DNA from: a virus
Lineage: Duplodnaviria; Caudoviricetes
Virus record (IMG/VR): IMGVR_UViG_3300036854_000038
Span: 1 to 50,235 of that record
Strand: one strand, 5' to 3'
DNA length: 50,235 bases
Under the pieces are notes generated by a model. The model ran no database searches, was not told the origin of the DNA, and worked only from the letters and a program-made list of their open reading frames with translations. Of the stretch, positions 9,758 to 19,751 are shown piece by piece. The position numbers and the translations under genes were made by a program. Every line of letters begins with the position of its first letter. Position 1 is the first letter of the stretch.

Positions 9758-10209
9758 GCGCTTTGCTCCCACACATCGTTCACAAGGACCGGGATGGCAA
9801 TGTCCATGACGCGGTAGATGATCCCGCTCAGGTTCATGAAGTGCGCGTTCGCGCTCAGCGGGACGCCTTCCATGCCGAGCAGGTCGACCGCGCGGACGCT
9901 GGCGCCAAGGTCGAAGTCGCCGGAGTAGGCGGTCAGCAGCGCCGAGGTGGCGTCGGTCATCGCCTCCTCCAGGTACGACTCCGGCGCGGCCTCGGTGGAG
10001 GAGAAGAGGCGGACCTTGAACAGCAGCCGCGCGCTGGTCGAGGCCAGCCCCGACGACTTGAGCGGGGTGATGTCGTCCACCCAGATGCCTGCGGTGAGCC
10101 TAGCCCCGGCGGGCTCGTCGATCTTGAAGGTGTTGACGCTGTCGAAGTGGCCGCTGGCCAGCGCGTGGGAGACGAGCTTGTCGAGGATTCCCCGGATGTC
10201 CAACGCCAT
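9754..10209 (-). CDS. Putative tail terminator
   Basis: 151 aa; size and position after the head-tail adaptor. Confidence 0.6.
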   Translation of the reverse strand: MALDIRGILDKLVSHALASGHFDSVNTFKIDEPAGARLTAGIWVDDITPLKSSGLASTSARLLFKVRLFSSTEAAPESYLEEAMTDATSALLTAYSGDFDLGASVRAVDLLGMEGVPLSANAHFMNLSGIIYRVMDIAIPVLVNDVWEQSA

Positions 10210-11297
10210 CAGACGGCCCTGACCCGGGCTTTGCGGGCGAACGCGGCGTAGGCCTGTTCGCGGATGTCGTCCAAGCCCCGCCCGGACGCCTCAATCGGGT
10301 TGCGGGCCTTCCCGGAGCCGCGTTCCTCGCCGAGGCCGGAACGGCGGGCGTACCCGGTGCCTTCCTGCTGCAACGTGTTGATCGCCTCGGCGATGTTCAG
10401 CTCGCGGACCAGCCCAGGGACCAGGTGCCGGTACACGTCGGCGCCGGTGGTGTGGGCGGCCAGGGTGGTGCCCAGCTGCGCGCGCGCGAGCTCCACCCCG
10501 GTCAGGGTGTAGATGTCCGCGTTGGAGGAGTGGGCGGCCAGGACGGTGCCGTCCCAGGCGCGCTTGACGGTGAGGTTGTTGCCGGCCTTGTCGACCACGA
10601 GCATCCGCTCGCTGCCGATCAGCAGCACCATCCCAACCGCGAACGCGGTCCCGTCAGTCACGGCCACGGTGACATCGGCCGCTGAGGCGGTGAGCGCCCC
10701 GCCGGTGTTCTGGGTCGAGTCGACCATGGTCTTGTCGGTGACGATCATCCGTTCGCTGTCGATCCGCAGCACATCACCAACCCCGATGTAGGGGGTCGTC
10801 CAGGTGGTCGTGGCCGTATCGGTCACGTCGGCGTCGAGGTTGGAGGTGAGGTCGCCGACTTGCTCCTCATCGTTGCGCCAGCCGAACAGGCAGGTTGCGG
10901 CGATGGCACGCTGGTGGGTGTCCCCCGAGGCGAACGCGCTCGAGGAGGCGAGGTCGATCTCGATGAAGGTGTATGGCGGCTGGTCCTCACCGTCGAAGTT
11001 GCGCAGGAAGTAGTCGCTGGAGGGGATCGTGACACCGCCGGCGACCAGCGAGGCCACCGAGATGACCTCGTGCTGGTTGAGCCACAGCCGCCACGGCCGG
11101 GTGCCACGCTGGGCCTCGTTGGGCCAGTCGAAATACCTGGTGGCCAGCACCGGCCGGAAGGTACGATGCAGGAGGCCCTCGACGCTGCGGGCGCCGGACT
11201 CGATGGCGCGGTCGACCTGCCGGTAGTTGCGGGCGGTCAGCTTCACGTCCAAGGCGGACGTGACGTCCTCCCTCGTCGTATACCAGGGTGCCGCCAT
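10209..11297 (-). CDS. Head-to-tail adaptor with inserted beta domains
   Basis: WYTTREDV...AIESGARSVEG..HR.F N-terminus; internally duplicated L.I.SERM.V motif. Confidence 0.65.
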   Translation of the reverse strand: MAAPWYTTREDVTSALDVKLTARNYRQVDRAIESGARSVEGLLHRTFRPVLATRYFDWPNEAQRGTRPWRLWLNQHEVISVASLVAGGVTIPSSDYFLRNFDGEDQPPYTFIEIDLASSSAFASGDTHQRAIAATCLFGWRNDEEQVGDLTSNLDADVTDTATTTWTTPYIGVGDVLRIDSERMIVTDKTMVDSTQNTGGALTASAADVTVAVTDGTAFAVGMVLLIGSERMLVVDKAGNNLTVKRAWDGTVLAAHSSNADIYTLTGVELARAQLGTTLAAHTTGADVYRHLVPGLVRELNIAEAINTLQQEGTGYARRSGLGEERGSGKARNPIEASGRGLDDIREQAYAAFARKARVRAV

Positions 11298-11328
11298 CGA
11301 CTCCTCGCCGCGTTGGCTGACGCTTGTG

Positions 11329-11343
11329 CTGACACTCCGTCAG
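11329..11343. promoter_or_regulatory. CTGAC-N5-GTCAG operator
   Basis: CTGACACTCCGTCAG, intergenic, identical to 18387-18401. Confidence 0.65.
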
Positions 11344-11355
11344 ATGCTGGTTAGC

Positions 11356-12909
11356 TTAGCCGATGCTGCCCGGCAGGGTGCCACGCCGGCTTGTGCCGCC
11401 CACGAGCGCCTCCGAGGTGACGATGACGGCGCCGACGATGATCGGGCCCGCCGGGTTGACGTTGGGGGTGACCTCGCCGAGCTGCTCCGGCAGCGGCAGC
11501 GCCACCAGCAGCACGACGACCGCCGGGGCCACCCCGACCGAGATGGCCGGGCGGGGGAGCGCGGCCAGCGCGGCGATGGTGGCAGGCTGAGCGAGCGCGT
11601 GGACGGCGATGGTGGCCAGCGGCAACGCGACCACCAGCGGGGCGACGGCTGGCGTGACGCCGACGCCGACGCCCGGCCGTGGGAGGGCTGCCAGCGCGGC
11701 GAGGACCGCCGGGGTTATCCCGACGCCCACGGCCGGCTGGGGAAGACTGACCAGCGCGGTGATGGTGGCGGGGGTCACGGTCGCGTTGCTCGAGTCCTCC
11801 CCGGCCGAGGTCACCAGCGGCAGCGTGACCACCAGGGGGATCACGGCCGGAGCCGCGCCAACGCCCACAGATGCCCCTGGAAGCGACGTGAGGGCCGCCA
11901 GGACAGCCGGAGACACCCCGACGCTGATCTGGACACCCGGAAACGCTGTGAGGGCCGCGAGGACTGCCGGGGCCACGCCGACACCCACGCCAGGCTGGGG
12001 GAGCGCGGCGACGGCCTGGACCTGGGCGGGGGCCGCACCGACCCCGACGCCCGCTTGCGGTGCGGCGGTCACCGCCGCAAGCACGGCCGGGGCGGCGCCC
12101 ACACCAACGCCTGCTTGCGGCAGCGCCGTGGTGCATGTGATCACGGCCGGGGTGACGGTCGCGTTCCCGGCGGCGGTGTCCGGGGAGCCAGCCCAGGGCC
12201 GCCAGCGGCCCTGCTGGATCAGCAGCCTCGCCAGCCTAGGGTCTGGGGCGAAGACAGAGGCGTCGTCGGTGCCGCGGAGCTCGAACGCGATGATCTGGCC
12301 GCGTTCGGTGGTGCCACGGTTAAGACTCAGGGTGAAGCTGCCGGCCGTGGCGACCGGGTTGGTGGAGTGGCCGGCCCCACCGCCGGTGGTCGCCGCGATT
12401 TGGCTGGAGTGGTCGGCGGTGGTGCCGGAATCACCGGCCGTAACGGTCGTACTGTCCCAGTTGCTGATGCCGCCCAGCACCCTGCTGTTGTCAAACAGGG
12501 TGGTGATGGCCAGCGTCCTGGGGTCAGCACTGCCGACCGCGAACGACGATTCGGCGGTCTGCCCTGTTGGGCTGCCAACCTTGTAGCTGGTCCACTCGTC
12601 GACCCAGCCGCCATGCGCGGCGGAGCTCGGCGGGGTGATGGTGACCGTCATCGAGGCGGGTGAGCCGCCGATCTCCTGATAGGCCCAGACCGCCGACGTT
12701 TGCGTGCCGGATTCGGTGGGGCCACGAGCAACAATCGTGGTCCAGGAGCCACCCAGCGAGTCACTGATCGAGCAGGGTTCACTGTCGGACCAGGCGTACA
12801 CCAGCAGGATCGAGTTGGCGCTAGGGGTGAAGCTGCCGCTGGTGGAGCTGGCCCCGTTGGTCGGGCCGAGGGTGCCCCGGCTGGTTGGCCCTGATGGCGG
12901 GGTTGGCAT
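11356..12909 (-). CDS. Putative virion fibre with about 20-aa tandem repeats
   Basis: N-terminal beta domain, then about 11 repeats of PAV(L/I)AA..ALP...V.VG(V/A). Confidence 0.7.
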   Translation of the reverse strand: MPTPPSGPTSRGTLGPTNGASSTSGSFTPSANSILLVYAWSDSEPCSISDSLGGSWTTIVARGPTESGTQTSAVWAYQEIGGSPASMTVTITPPSSAAHGGWVDEWTSYKVGSPTGQTAESSFAVGSADPRTLAITTLFDNSRVLGGISNWDSTTVTAGDSGTTADHSSQIAATTGGGAGHSTNPVATAGSFTLSLNRGTTERGQIIAFELRGTDDASVFAPDPRLARLLIQQGRWRPWAGSPDTAAGNATVTPAVITCTTALPQAGVGVGAAPAVLAAVTAAPQAGVGVGAAPAQVQAVAALPQPGVGVGVAPAVLAALTAFPGVQISVGVSPAVLAALTSLPGASVGVGAAPAVIPLVVTLPLVTSAGEDSSNATVTPATITALVSLPQPAVGVGITPAVLAALAALPRPGVGVGVTPAVAPLVVALPLATIAVHALAQPATIAALAALPRPAISVGVAPAVVVLLVALPLPEQLGEVTPNVNPAGPIIVGAVIVTSEALVGGTSRRGTLPGSIG

Positions 12910-12924
12910 TGGCCCCCGCTCCGG

Positions 12925-13623
12925 TTAGCTTCGCAGGTCGACAGCGAAGCGGTTCACCTTGATGGTGTTGGATGCGCTGCTGGTGCCCCACACCGCGCCG
13001 ACCTTGGGCGCGAGCGCGGTGCCGGTGTCGATCCCGGAGGCGACCGTCCGCAGCGCCAGGGTGGCCGGCATCGCCTGGACGGTGGAGAACGCCGTCAGTG
13101 AGGTGCCGATCATCCACCAGCCCATGACATGCACGCTGGCGGTCCCAGACGCGCCGACTACGCGGACCCGCATGTTCGCCTCGGCGTGCCACGGCCACGA
13201 CGTGGCGCCGGTGGTGGTGGTGATCGCCGTGCCAGCCGCCAGGGTCGTCGCGCCGAGCAGGAACCCCAGACCCAGCGTCGGCGTGCCAGTGTTGCTGAAT
13301 TCCCCATCGGCCTCCAGATGCAGCTCCGAGCCGACCTCCAGCAGGCTCGCGGCCAAGGTGACATCAGGCGCCGGGGTGATGGACTGGAAGGTGGTGAAGG
13401 TGTTGAACGCGGCGCCGTCCACGGTGTGGATCGGTGGGATCGGCTGGACGAGGTACATGCGGCTGCCACCGCTGATACTCCAAATCGGCTGGCCGGCCGA
13501 GTCGTAGCCGAGCATTTCGGCGCGGTGGATGCGCTGCCGGCCCGCGGTGCGGGCGTGGACCTCCGCGGCCCTGCGGGCCTGCTCACCGTGCTGGCCGAGG
13601 AGGATCGACCCCTGCGTGTTCAT
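12925..13623 (-). CDS. Hypothetical virion protein
   Basis: GGGGAG RBS before ATG 13623; Thr/Gly-rich beta domain. Confidence 0.65.
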   Translation of the reverse strand: MNTQGSILLGQHGEQARRAAEVHARTAGRQRIHRAEMLGYDSAGQPIWSISGGSRMYLVQPIPPIHTVDGAAFNTFTTFQSITPAPDVTLAASLLEVGSELHLEADGEFSNTGTPTLGLGFLLGATTLAAGTAITTTTGATSWPWHAEANMRVRVVGASGTASVHVMGWWMIGTSLTAFSTVQAMPATLALRTVASGIDTGTALAPKVGAVWGTSSASNTIKVNRFAVDLRS

Positions 13624-13667
13624 CGTGTCAGCTCCCCGAGTTGACGGTTCGCGCATAGGTGGACTGC

Positions 13668-14126
13668 TCAGGGGGTGAAGTCGATGGTGAAGATCCCGCT
13701 TGCCGACCGCTGGATCAGGAACGTCCCACCCGAAGAGCTGGCCGCGTTGACGAAGTCGGAGAGGAACACCAGCTCGTCGGCGGACTGGGCGCCGCCCCGG
13801 TCGAAGTAGCCGACCTCGGCCATCGCGTTGGCGATCGTCGAGGAGGCCCAGGAGGAGTCGGCCGCGTCGTAGGTGAGCACCCCGCCGGAGATGGTGATCT
13901 CGGTTGAGGTCAGGACCGCGCCGTCAGCGGTGTAGCCGGTGCCGGAGACTTCGTTGGCTACCACGTCGTCGAAGAAGTTGTCGGCGTTGAAGTCGGGGGT
14001 TTCGCTGTCGGTGATGAGCGCGCCCTTCACCGCCGTTTCCGACTCGAGGCCGCTGGCGGGCAGGCTGGTGACGTTGAGGAACTTCTCCAGGGTGAGCCCG
14101 TACAGGCCACTGGCGGTGATGCTCAC
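13668..14126 (-). CDS. Hypothetical virion protein (fibre/collar-associated)
   Basis: NEVSGTGYTA.G motif; lies in the head-neck region. Confidence 0.7.
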   Translation of the reverse strand: MSITASGLYGLTLEKFLNVTSLPASGLESETAVKGALITDSETPDFNADNFFDDVVANEVSGTGYTADGAVLTSTEITISGGVLTYDAADSSWASSTIANAMAEVGYFDRGGAQSADELVFLSDFVNAASSSGGTFLIQRSASGIFTIDFTP

Positions 14127-14383
14127 CGGTCACCTCCGGGTCGCTTCACACCTGCGGTGGCCTCGACCGTGGCAGGCCGCACCACCGCGTCGCCGACGCT
14201 GTCCTCTGGCGGGGCGGCTTCCCGCAGCGTCCGGTGCGCCAGGCGGGCCTCCCGCAGCGCCTCCTTGCACGCCCGGTACTCCTCAGCGTCGACGCTCACA
14301 GCCGGGTCGGCCTTCAACGCGACCAGGCGCGCCTCCAACTCGACCACGGCAAGCTCCGCGCGGAGCTCATCGGCGCGGCCCAT
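14123..14383 (-). CDS. Small helical hypothetical protein
   Basis: Coupled ORF, 86 aa. Confidence 0.6.
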   Translation of the reverse strand: MGRADELRAELAVVELEARLVALKADPAVSVDAEEYRACKEALREARLAHRTLREAAPPEDSVGDAVVRPATVEATAGVKRPGGDR

Positions 14384-14642
14384 ACCTGCCGTCCTTTCCC
14401 TTGAGTGGCCCCTCCGGGTCCGGGTGGCCGTGCGCGCCCCAGAAGCGCCTGACCTTGAGGCGGATCACATCCGGGCGGACGATCGCGTCCAGCCGGCCCC
14501 CATACTCGACGTGGGTCACGGTCCCGGAGTCGTCCACGGTGACCTTGGCGCGCTGCCCGTTGGGGAGGGTCACGGTGCGCTGGCGGGCCTGGTGCTTGAG
14601 CAGGGCCGGCGCCCCCTCCCCGGGAGTCCACAGGCCGCTCAC
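14367..14642 (-). CDS. Hypothetical protein
   Basis: GTG start overlaps the upstream TGA; MSGLWTPGEG... Confidence 0.55.
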   Translation of the reverse strand: MSGLWTPGEGAPALLKHQARQRTVTLPNGQRAKVTVDDSGTVTHVEYGGRLDAIVRPDVIRLKVRRFWGAHGHPDPEGPLKGKDGRYGPRR

Positions 14643-14803
14643 TGCTTCGCCCTCCGCCGCCAGATCACCAGCGGGACCGACCAGCCGGTGGCGAAGTGCA
14701 ACGCGACGAACCCCAGCCACCACCACAGCAGCTCGGCACCCTCCACCACGTCGAGGATCGCCAGGGCCGCGACCACCGCGGCGCATAGCGCGAATACGCT
14801 CAT
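14639..14803 (-). CDS. Small 2-TM membrane protein
   Basis: MSVFALCAAVVAALAILDVVEGAELLWWWLGFVALHFATG... Confidence 0.55.
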   Translation of the reverse strand: MSVFALCAAVVAALAILDVVEGAELLWWWLGFVALHFATGWSVPLVIWRRRAKQ

Positions 14804-14973
14804 CGTCCGTCCCTCGGGTACTGGTAGCCGTCGAACGGGCAGAACAGCTCCCCGGCCGGGCCCGGACGCAACGGCTCGCCGTCGTTGGGGCACGCCTGCG
14901 GGTCCGCGGCCAGCTCGGCAGCGGCCAGCTCGACGGCTTCCCGCTGAATGTCGAGGAGCTGCTCCCAGGCCAT
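14800..14973 (-). CDS. Small zinc-ribbon-like protein
   Basis: Not in the ORF track; MAWEQLLDIQ...ACPNDGEPL...LFCPFDGYQYP; coupled at both ends. Confidence 0.7.
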   Translation of the reverse strand: MAWEQLLDIQREAVELAAAELAADPQACPNDGEPLRPGPAGELFCPFDGYQYPRDGR

Positions 14974-15359
14974 CAGCCCTCGCCCGCCTCGGCCTCGGCG
15001 AGCCGGTCGCGCAGCTCATCCTTGCTGCCCGAGACCGACAGGCCCCGCGCGCGCAGCCGCTCGCGCAGTTCGCGGACGGTCGCCTGCGCCTCGGTCTCCG
15101 GCATCGGCTCCGGCTCCTGGTCGGCCGACTCGCTGATGGTCGCCTCGGCCAGCGATACCGCCTCCGGGGTCTCCGCGGGCTCGGCGGGTGGCTGATAGCC
15201 GGGCTGGCCCGGCTCGGCGAACTGGTCGCTCGGGCCGCCGTGCACGGTGTTCTTGGCCATCTCCTCACCATCCTCCCGGTAGTCGGTCGAGGTGCACTGC
15301 GGGCAGTACGGCAACCCCACCGCGTACTTGGTGCCACACCGCCCGCACACCCACAGCAT
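14973..15359 (-). CDS. Zinc finger + SAP-domain protein
   Basis: CGRC...CPQC N-terminus; TVRELRERLRARGLSVSGSKDELRDRL SAP motif. Confidence 0.75.
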   Translation of the reverse strand: MLWVCGRCGTKYAVGLPYCPQCTSTDYREDGEEMAKNTVHGGPSDQFAEPGQPGYQPPAEPAETPEAVSLAEATISESADQEPEPMPETEAQATVRELRERLRARGLSVSGSKDELRDRLAEAEAGEG

Positions 15360-15372
15360 GATTGGCCCCCGA

Positions 15373-15894
15373 TCAGGCGTTGAGCTGGGCCAGGTTCTCC
15401 GGCGCCCGCTGCACCTCCAGGTTGAACAGGATCGCCAGGATGCCGCCCGCGCGGGTACCACCGGCGCCGGGGTCGGCCATGTCCACGCTCACCCACTCGT
15501 AGCCGTCGGAGAGCTGCTCGGCGAGCACCTCGGCGACCAGGATCATCTGGAGGCCCGCGTAGGTCGCGCCGGTGAGCGAGATCTCGCTGGCGGCGGACTG
15601 GGTGACCTTCGTCCAGGTCTCGTCGCCGTCGAGGGTCGCCTCGCTCTTGTGGTACCAGGTCGTGACCACATCCAGGTCGGAGCTGGTGCCGCCGGACGCG
15701 GCGGTGTGCTGCTGCACGTCGGGGACGAAGGTGTCGGTCCCGGCGGAGACGGCGCCCATGTAGACCACGAACGCGACACCGCCGTAGTTCTTGAGGTGGA
15801 TGCGGTGGCCGGTCTGGGCGCCGGCGGCGAGGTCGGCGACGGGGACGACCACGCTGCCGAGGTCGAACAGGCGGCCGAGGGCCTTGACTCCCAT
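15373..15894 (-). CDS. Putative capsid decoration protein
   Basis: 173 aa, beta-rich, immediately after the major capsid gene, AAAGGAG RBS. Confidence 0.6.
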   Translation of the reverse strand: MGVKALGRLFDLGSVVVPVADLAAGAQTGHRIHLKNYGGVAFVVYMGAVSAGTDTFVPDVQQHTAASGGTSSDLDVVTTWYHKSEATLDGDETWTKVTQSAASEISLTGATYAGLQMILVAEVLAEQLSDGYEWVSVDMADPGAGGTRAGGILAILFNLEVQRAPENLAQLNA

Positions 15895-15956
15895 GATGTG
15901 CTCCTTTCCCGGCCGGGGCGTTACTGCCGGCCATTGAGCCGCACTGGGCGGGTTGA

Positions 15957-15989
15957 GCCGGGACCGGCCAGCCGTAGGCCGGTCCCGGC
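15957..15989 (-). terminator. Hairpin after the major capsid gene
   Basis: 13-bp stem GCCGGGACCGGCC / GGCCGGTCCCGGC. Confidence 0.6.
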
Positions 15990-15994
15990 CAGGA

Positions 15995-17380
15995 TCAGGC
16001 GGACAGCAGCGAGACGATCGGCGAGAGGGTCGCCGAGCTGTTCTTGGGGGTGATCGCCGAGTTCAGCCAGGGGCGGCCGTCGACGCGCTCGATGATGCGG
16101 AACACCGTCATGTCATTCTGGAACTTGTAGTGTTCCGAGCTCCTGGCCGACATGACCTGCCGGTCGCCGAGCAGGTAGAAACCGAAGTCGATGAAGTTGA
16201 GCGCGCCGGTGGTGCCGAGCGCGGGCACCTTCTCGGTCAGCAGCACCGGACGGCCCAGCAGCGACAGCATCGGGTTGCCGTGCATGTCGGTTGTCCACGC
16301 GCCGGCACCGCCAACGTTCTCGGTCCCGGCGACGTTCTTGACCGGCAGCGTCATCTTGGCGAGCTGCGGGAACGTGTCGATCGAGGCGACCCACACCGCC
16401 CGGTTCAGCGACCCGGGGAGCATCCGCGCGTACATCGCCACCACGTCGTCCCACAGGATCAGGTTGGCGGTGGTCTCGGTGACGGTGATCTTCGCGGCGC
16501 CGTTGAGGACGCCGAGGGGCTCGCCCACGCCGGAGCCGCGCAGGAAGGCGTAGTCCTCGTAGAAGCCGAGCGCCTCGGGGAAGATCTCGTCGATGAACGC
16601 CTGGAACGAGGTGATCGAGTCCGAAAGCAGCTCGTTGGGGACCTGGGTGTAGGCGGTGAGCTTCTTGGCGTCCAGGACGACCCGGCCGAAGCTGGCCTGG
16701 CTCTCGGTGAGCGCCGCGCCCTCCTCGGTCCAGTAGCCGACGATGCCGCCGTACACGCTGGACACGTTCGAGGTCGAGTCGATCGCCGGAAACGGGACTC
16801 TGAGCGTCTCCATCGGGATGACGCGGGCCCGCGGGCGCACGATCGAGGTCTCCAGCGACACCCGCAGCAGCTCGCTGCGCAGCGTCTCCGGGATCAGAAA
16901 GCCGCCCTCGGAGGGGACGGTGCTCGAGAAGGCGTTGCGGACCCGGCCCAGCTTGGCCTGCGCCTGCGCGTCCCGCTGCCGGTTGTGCCACACCAGCGAG
17001 AAGTAGTCGGCGGCGTTCTCGAATTCCTTGTCGAGGGCCGCGCCCATCGCCCGGGAGTTGTACAGGCCGCCGCGCGCGCTGGCCCGGTCGCGGACCCCCT
17101 GGGGGTTCTTGAAGCCCAGATTGACCGGGACGACGCCCTCTTTCTCCTGCTGCTCCCGCAGCCACTCGCCCAGGACCTTCTGGGTCTGCTCGCGGACCTG
17201 GGTGGCGATCTCCTGGTCCTTGTTGTGGACCGCCTTCGCGTAGTTGCGCACGAAGGTGGCGAACCCGTCGCGCTGCTTGAACAGGGCCGCCATCTTGTTG
17301 CGGTCCAGCATGAACTCCTCGAGCTGGGCCGGGGTCTCGGGGATCGTGAGGTCGTCGACCTCGGGCGCGGTCGTGGTCAC
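15995..17380 (-). CDS. Major capsid protein (HK97 fold)
   Basis: EGGFLIPE, W..EG, AKKL.A...V.NELL.DS, G.G.GEP.G, LLGRPV and R...RVDG motifs. Confidence 0.95.
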   Translation of the reverse strand: MTTTAPEVDDLTIPETPAQLEEFMLDRNKMAALFKQRDGFATFVRNYAKAVHNKDQEIATQVREQTQKVLGEWLREQQEKEGVVPVNLGFKNPQGVRDRASARGGLYNSRAMGAALDKEFENAADYFSLVWHNRQRDAQAQAKLGRVRNAFSSTVPSEGGFLIPETLRSELLRVSLETSIVRPRARVIPMETLRVPFPAIDSTSNVSSVYGGIVGYWTEEGAALTESQASFGRVVLDAKKLTAYTQVPNELLSDSITSFQAFIDEIFPEALGFYEDYAFLRGSGVGEPLGVLNGAAKITVTETTANLILWDDVVAMYARMLPGSLNRAVWVASIDTFPQLAKMTLPVKNVAGTENVGGAGAWTTDMHGNPMLSLLGRPVLLTEKVPALGTTGALNFIDFGFYLLGDRQVMSARSSEHYKFQNDMTVFRIIERVDGRPWLNSAITPKNSSATLSPIVSLLSA

Positions 17381-18342
17381 GGGCGCACTCCTTCCTGGAT
17401 GCCCTTGACAAACTCGTCGACGAAGTTGACCGGCTCCAGGGGAGGATCGGCCTTGACGGGTGGGGGGGCGGGCGCGTCGCCGTAGATGTCGGCGATCAGG
17501 GAGCCGACCACCTGCGGGTCGTAGCCGGCCATGGGGTCGAACGTCTCGTCGAGGCTGACGCGGAGGGCTTCGCCGACGGCGGCCCACTCCTCGTCAGTCA
17601 GCTCGTCGGCTGCCGCCGCGGCCGGCTCGGCAGCGGCCGGCTCACCGCTGCCCTGGCCCTCGTCGTCGTCGTCGGCTGGCTCGTCGTCGGCGGTGGAGTC
17701 GGCCAGGCCAGCCTCGACAGCCTCGGCGGCGCTGTACCAGGTCTCCGCGAGCATCCGCTCACGCCACTCGGCGACCGTGCTGCCAGCGCGGGCGGCGTAG
17801 ATCCCGGCGATCTCGTTGGAGATCCGGTCGAGCAGGTCAACCATTTGCCGGTGGTCGGCGGCGTTGCCGATGGTGAAACCGTGCGCGTCGTGGATCATGA
17901 ACTGGGTGCCGCGGTTCATGGCGATGGTGTCGCCGGCCTGCGCGATGAACGACGCGGCGCTTGCGGCGAGGCCGTCCACAACGACGTTGACCTCTCCGGG
18001 CCTGGTGGCCAGCAGGTTGTAGATGGCCGTCCCGTCGAACACGTCCCCGCCGGGGCTGTTGATGCGCAGCTTGATGGCACGGTCGGGGCCGATCTCGTCG
18101 AGGAGCTCGGCGAAGTCGTCGGCGGTGATGCCGAACCAGCCGCCGATGGAGTCGTACAGGCGGATCTCGGCGGGCTCGTCGGTGGCGGCCTTGTTGTGAA
18201 GCTCCAACTTCGGCCGGCGCTCCGGCGGGCGGGCCCCGAATGGCTGCCCGTCGCGGGCGCGCAGGTGCGCCTGCACGCGGGACATGACCACCTGGTCGAT
18301 GGGCGGGCCATGATCCCGCCGGACGAGCCGCCTATTGGCCAT
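17377..18342 (-). CDS. Head maturation protease, ClpP-like
   Basis: INSPGGDVFDG, DGLAASAASFI, MIHDA, ETWYSAAEAVEAGLAD. Confidence 0.95.
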   Translation of the reverse strand: MANRRLVRRDHGPPIDQVVMSRVQAHLRARDGQPFGARPPERRPKLELHNKAATDEPAEIRLYDSIGGWFGITADDFAELLDEIGPDRAIKLRINSPGGDVFDGTAIYNLLATRPGEVNVVVDGLAASAASFIAQAGDTIAMNRGTQFMIHDAHGFTIGNAADHRQMVDLLDRISNEIAGIYAARAGSTVAEWRERMLAETWYSAAEAVEAGLADSTADDEPADDDDEGQGSGEPAAAEPAAAAADELTDEEWAAVGEALRVSLDETFDPMAGYDPQVVGSLIADIYGDAPAPPPVKADPPLEPVNFVDEFVKGIQEGVRP

Positions 18343-18386
18343 CGGGCACCCTGGGGGTCACGCCGCTCCTCGTGTTGACGCTCGTA

Positions 18387-18401
18387 CTGACACTCCGTCA
18401 G
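18387..18401. promoter_or_regulatory. CTGAC-N5-GTCAG operator
   Basis: CTGACACTCCGTCAG upstream of the protease gene. Confidence 0.65.
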
Positions 18402-18446
18402 GCGGACTGTACCGCAAATGCCAACCCTGGCGTTACGAAACCCCGG

Positions 18447-19751
18447 TCAGGCGCCGTTGCCGTTGTGGCCGGCCAGCGCGAGCGCCCGCACGGCTTCGGC
18501 GAGGTCCCCGGTGCCCGGCGCGCCCGGCGTCGGGGTGGGCTTGGGCGCGGCCGGCTTGGTGTAGTCGAGCTGGGGCAGGCCACACAGCTCCAGCACCTGC
18601 TCGGCGTCGAATCCGGCCTGGATGAGCCGGATGGCCATGTCCACGGCGGCCTCACGCTCGAGCCGGTCAGCGTCACGGTCGGCCGGTGTCGGGTCGTCGT
18701 GGTCCCACTCGTACTGGTCGGCCACGTCACGGCCGAACAGCGGCAGAAAGTCCGAGTTGAGGGCGCCTTTGATGCGGTTGAGGCGCTGGCGGAGCACCCA
18801 CCTGGCGAAGACGACCTCACCGGCCTCAGCATTCGCGCGGTTGATGTCGACGACGTCACCGAGCATCGGCCGCGGGTAGCCGAACGCCTTGCGGATCTGC
18901 TCGTCGTTGACGGCCCGCAGCTCGGAGAACTGCATGTCCCGCATCGAGAACGCCCGGTCGACCCATTTGCCCTGCTCGATGACGGCGACCCGGTGGGCGT
19001 TGCGGACGCCCTGATGCTGCTCCCGCCACCGGGCCCCCATCTCGTCGAACTCGGCGTCGGAGAGGCGCTTGTCGACCTCGATGATGCCGCCCGGGGAAGC
19101 GTCGTTGAGGAAGAAGTTCCGGTTCCACTCGGCCGTGTAGCGCGTGCTGTCCAGGTCCGCCAGGACGCTCTGGACGGGCCCCATGCCGCGGTAGGGGTCC
19201 AAGGGGTTCGGCATCCGCAGGAAGACCACTTCGTCGGTGCCAAGGGGGATCTTCCGGCCGTCAGGGTCGGAGTAGATGTAGCCGGAGACGAACTTGGTGG
19301 GATGCGGCTCCGGGGCCATCTTGTCGGGGCGTATCGGCCACAGCGAGATGGGCAGGTCGCTGCGGGGGTTGCGGCCGACGACCCACCAGCCCTCGCCGAC
19401 CAGCTCCACATGCTGGGAGAACACCTCGCGGAACTCCTGCCCCGTCATGAACGGGTTGGGCTGGTGCCACACGTCCAGCGCCCAATGCGAGGTGACCTCG
19501 ACGCGGGTGTCCTCCACCGGCCCGTACCTGCGCCTGCGGTCGGTTTGCTTGCGGTACAGGTGCCACTGGACCTCGCTCACCGACGTGGCGATCCGGGAGA
19601 CGATGGCGAACAGGGTTCCGACGCTGCCGTACTGGCGCATCATCCGTTCCTGATGCGTCTCCGACCACAGCGGCAGGCTCACGGCGGTGCCGCCCTTGCC
19701 CACATACGGGACCGGCGCCCGGTTCAGCAGCGCGCCCAGGGGAGACCTCAC
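18447..19751 (-). CDS. Portal protein (HK97 family)
   Basis: PNPFMTG.EF, LWPIRPD, YRGMGPV, FF.N.A.PGG, DMQF.E motifs. Confidence 0.95.
   Translation of the reverse strand: MRSPLGALLNRAPVPYVGKGGTAVSLPLWSETHQERMMRQYGSVGTLFAIVSRIATSVSEVQWHLYRKQTDRRRRYGPVEDTRVEVTSHWALDVWHQPNPFMTGQEFREVFSQHVELVGEGWWVVGRNPRSDLPISLWPIRPDKMAPEPHPTKFVSGYIYSDPDGRKIPLGTDEVVFLRMPNPLDPYRGMGPVQSVLADLDSTRYTAEWNRNFFLNDASPGGIIEVDKRLSDAEFDEMGARWREQHQGVRNAHRVAVIEQGKWVDRAFSMRDMQFSELRAVNDEQIRKAFGYPRPMLGDVVDINRANAEAGEVVFARWVLRQRLNRIKGALNSDFLPLFGRDVADQYEWDHDDPTPADRDADRLEREAAVDMAIRLIQAGFDAEQVLELCGLPQLDYTKPAAPKPTPTPGAPGTGDLAEAVRALALAGHNGNGA

Noticed and set aside
15917-18436. GGCGTTAC shared by the post-portal and post-capsid intergenic regions
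   Set aside because: Only 8 bp in two copies; cannot be distinguished from chance without comparative data
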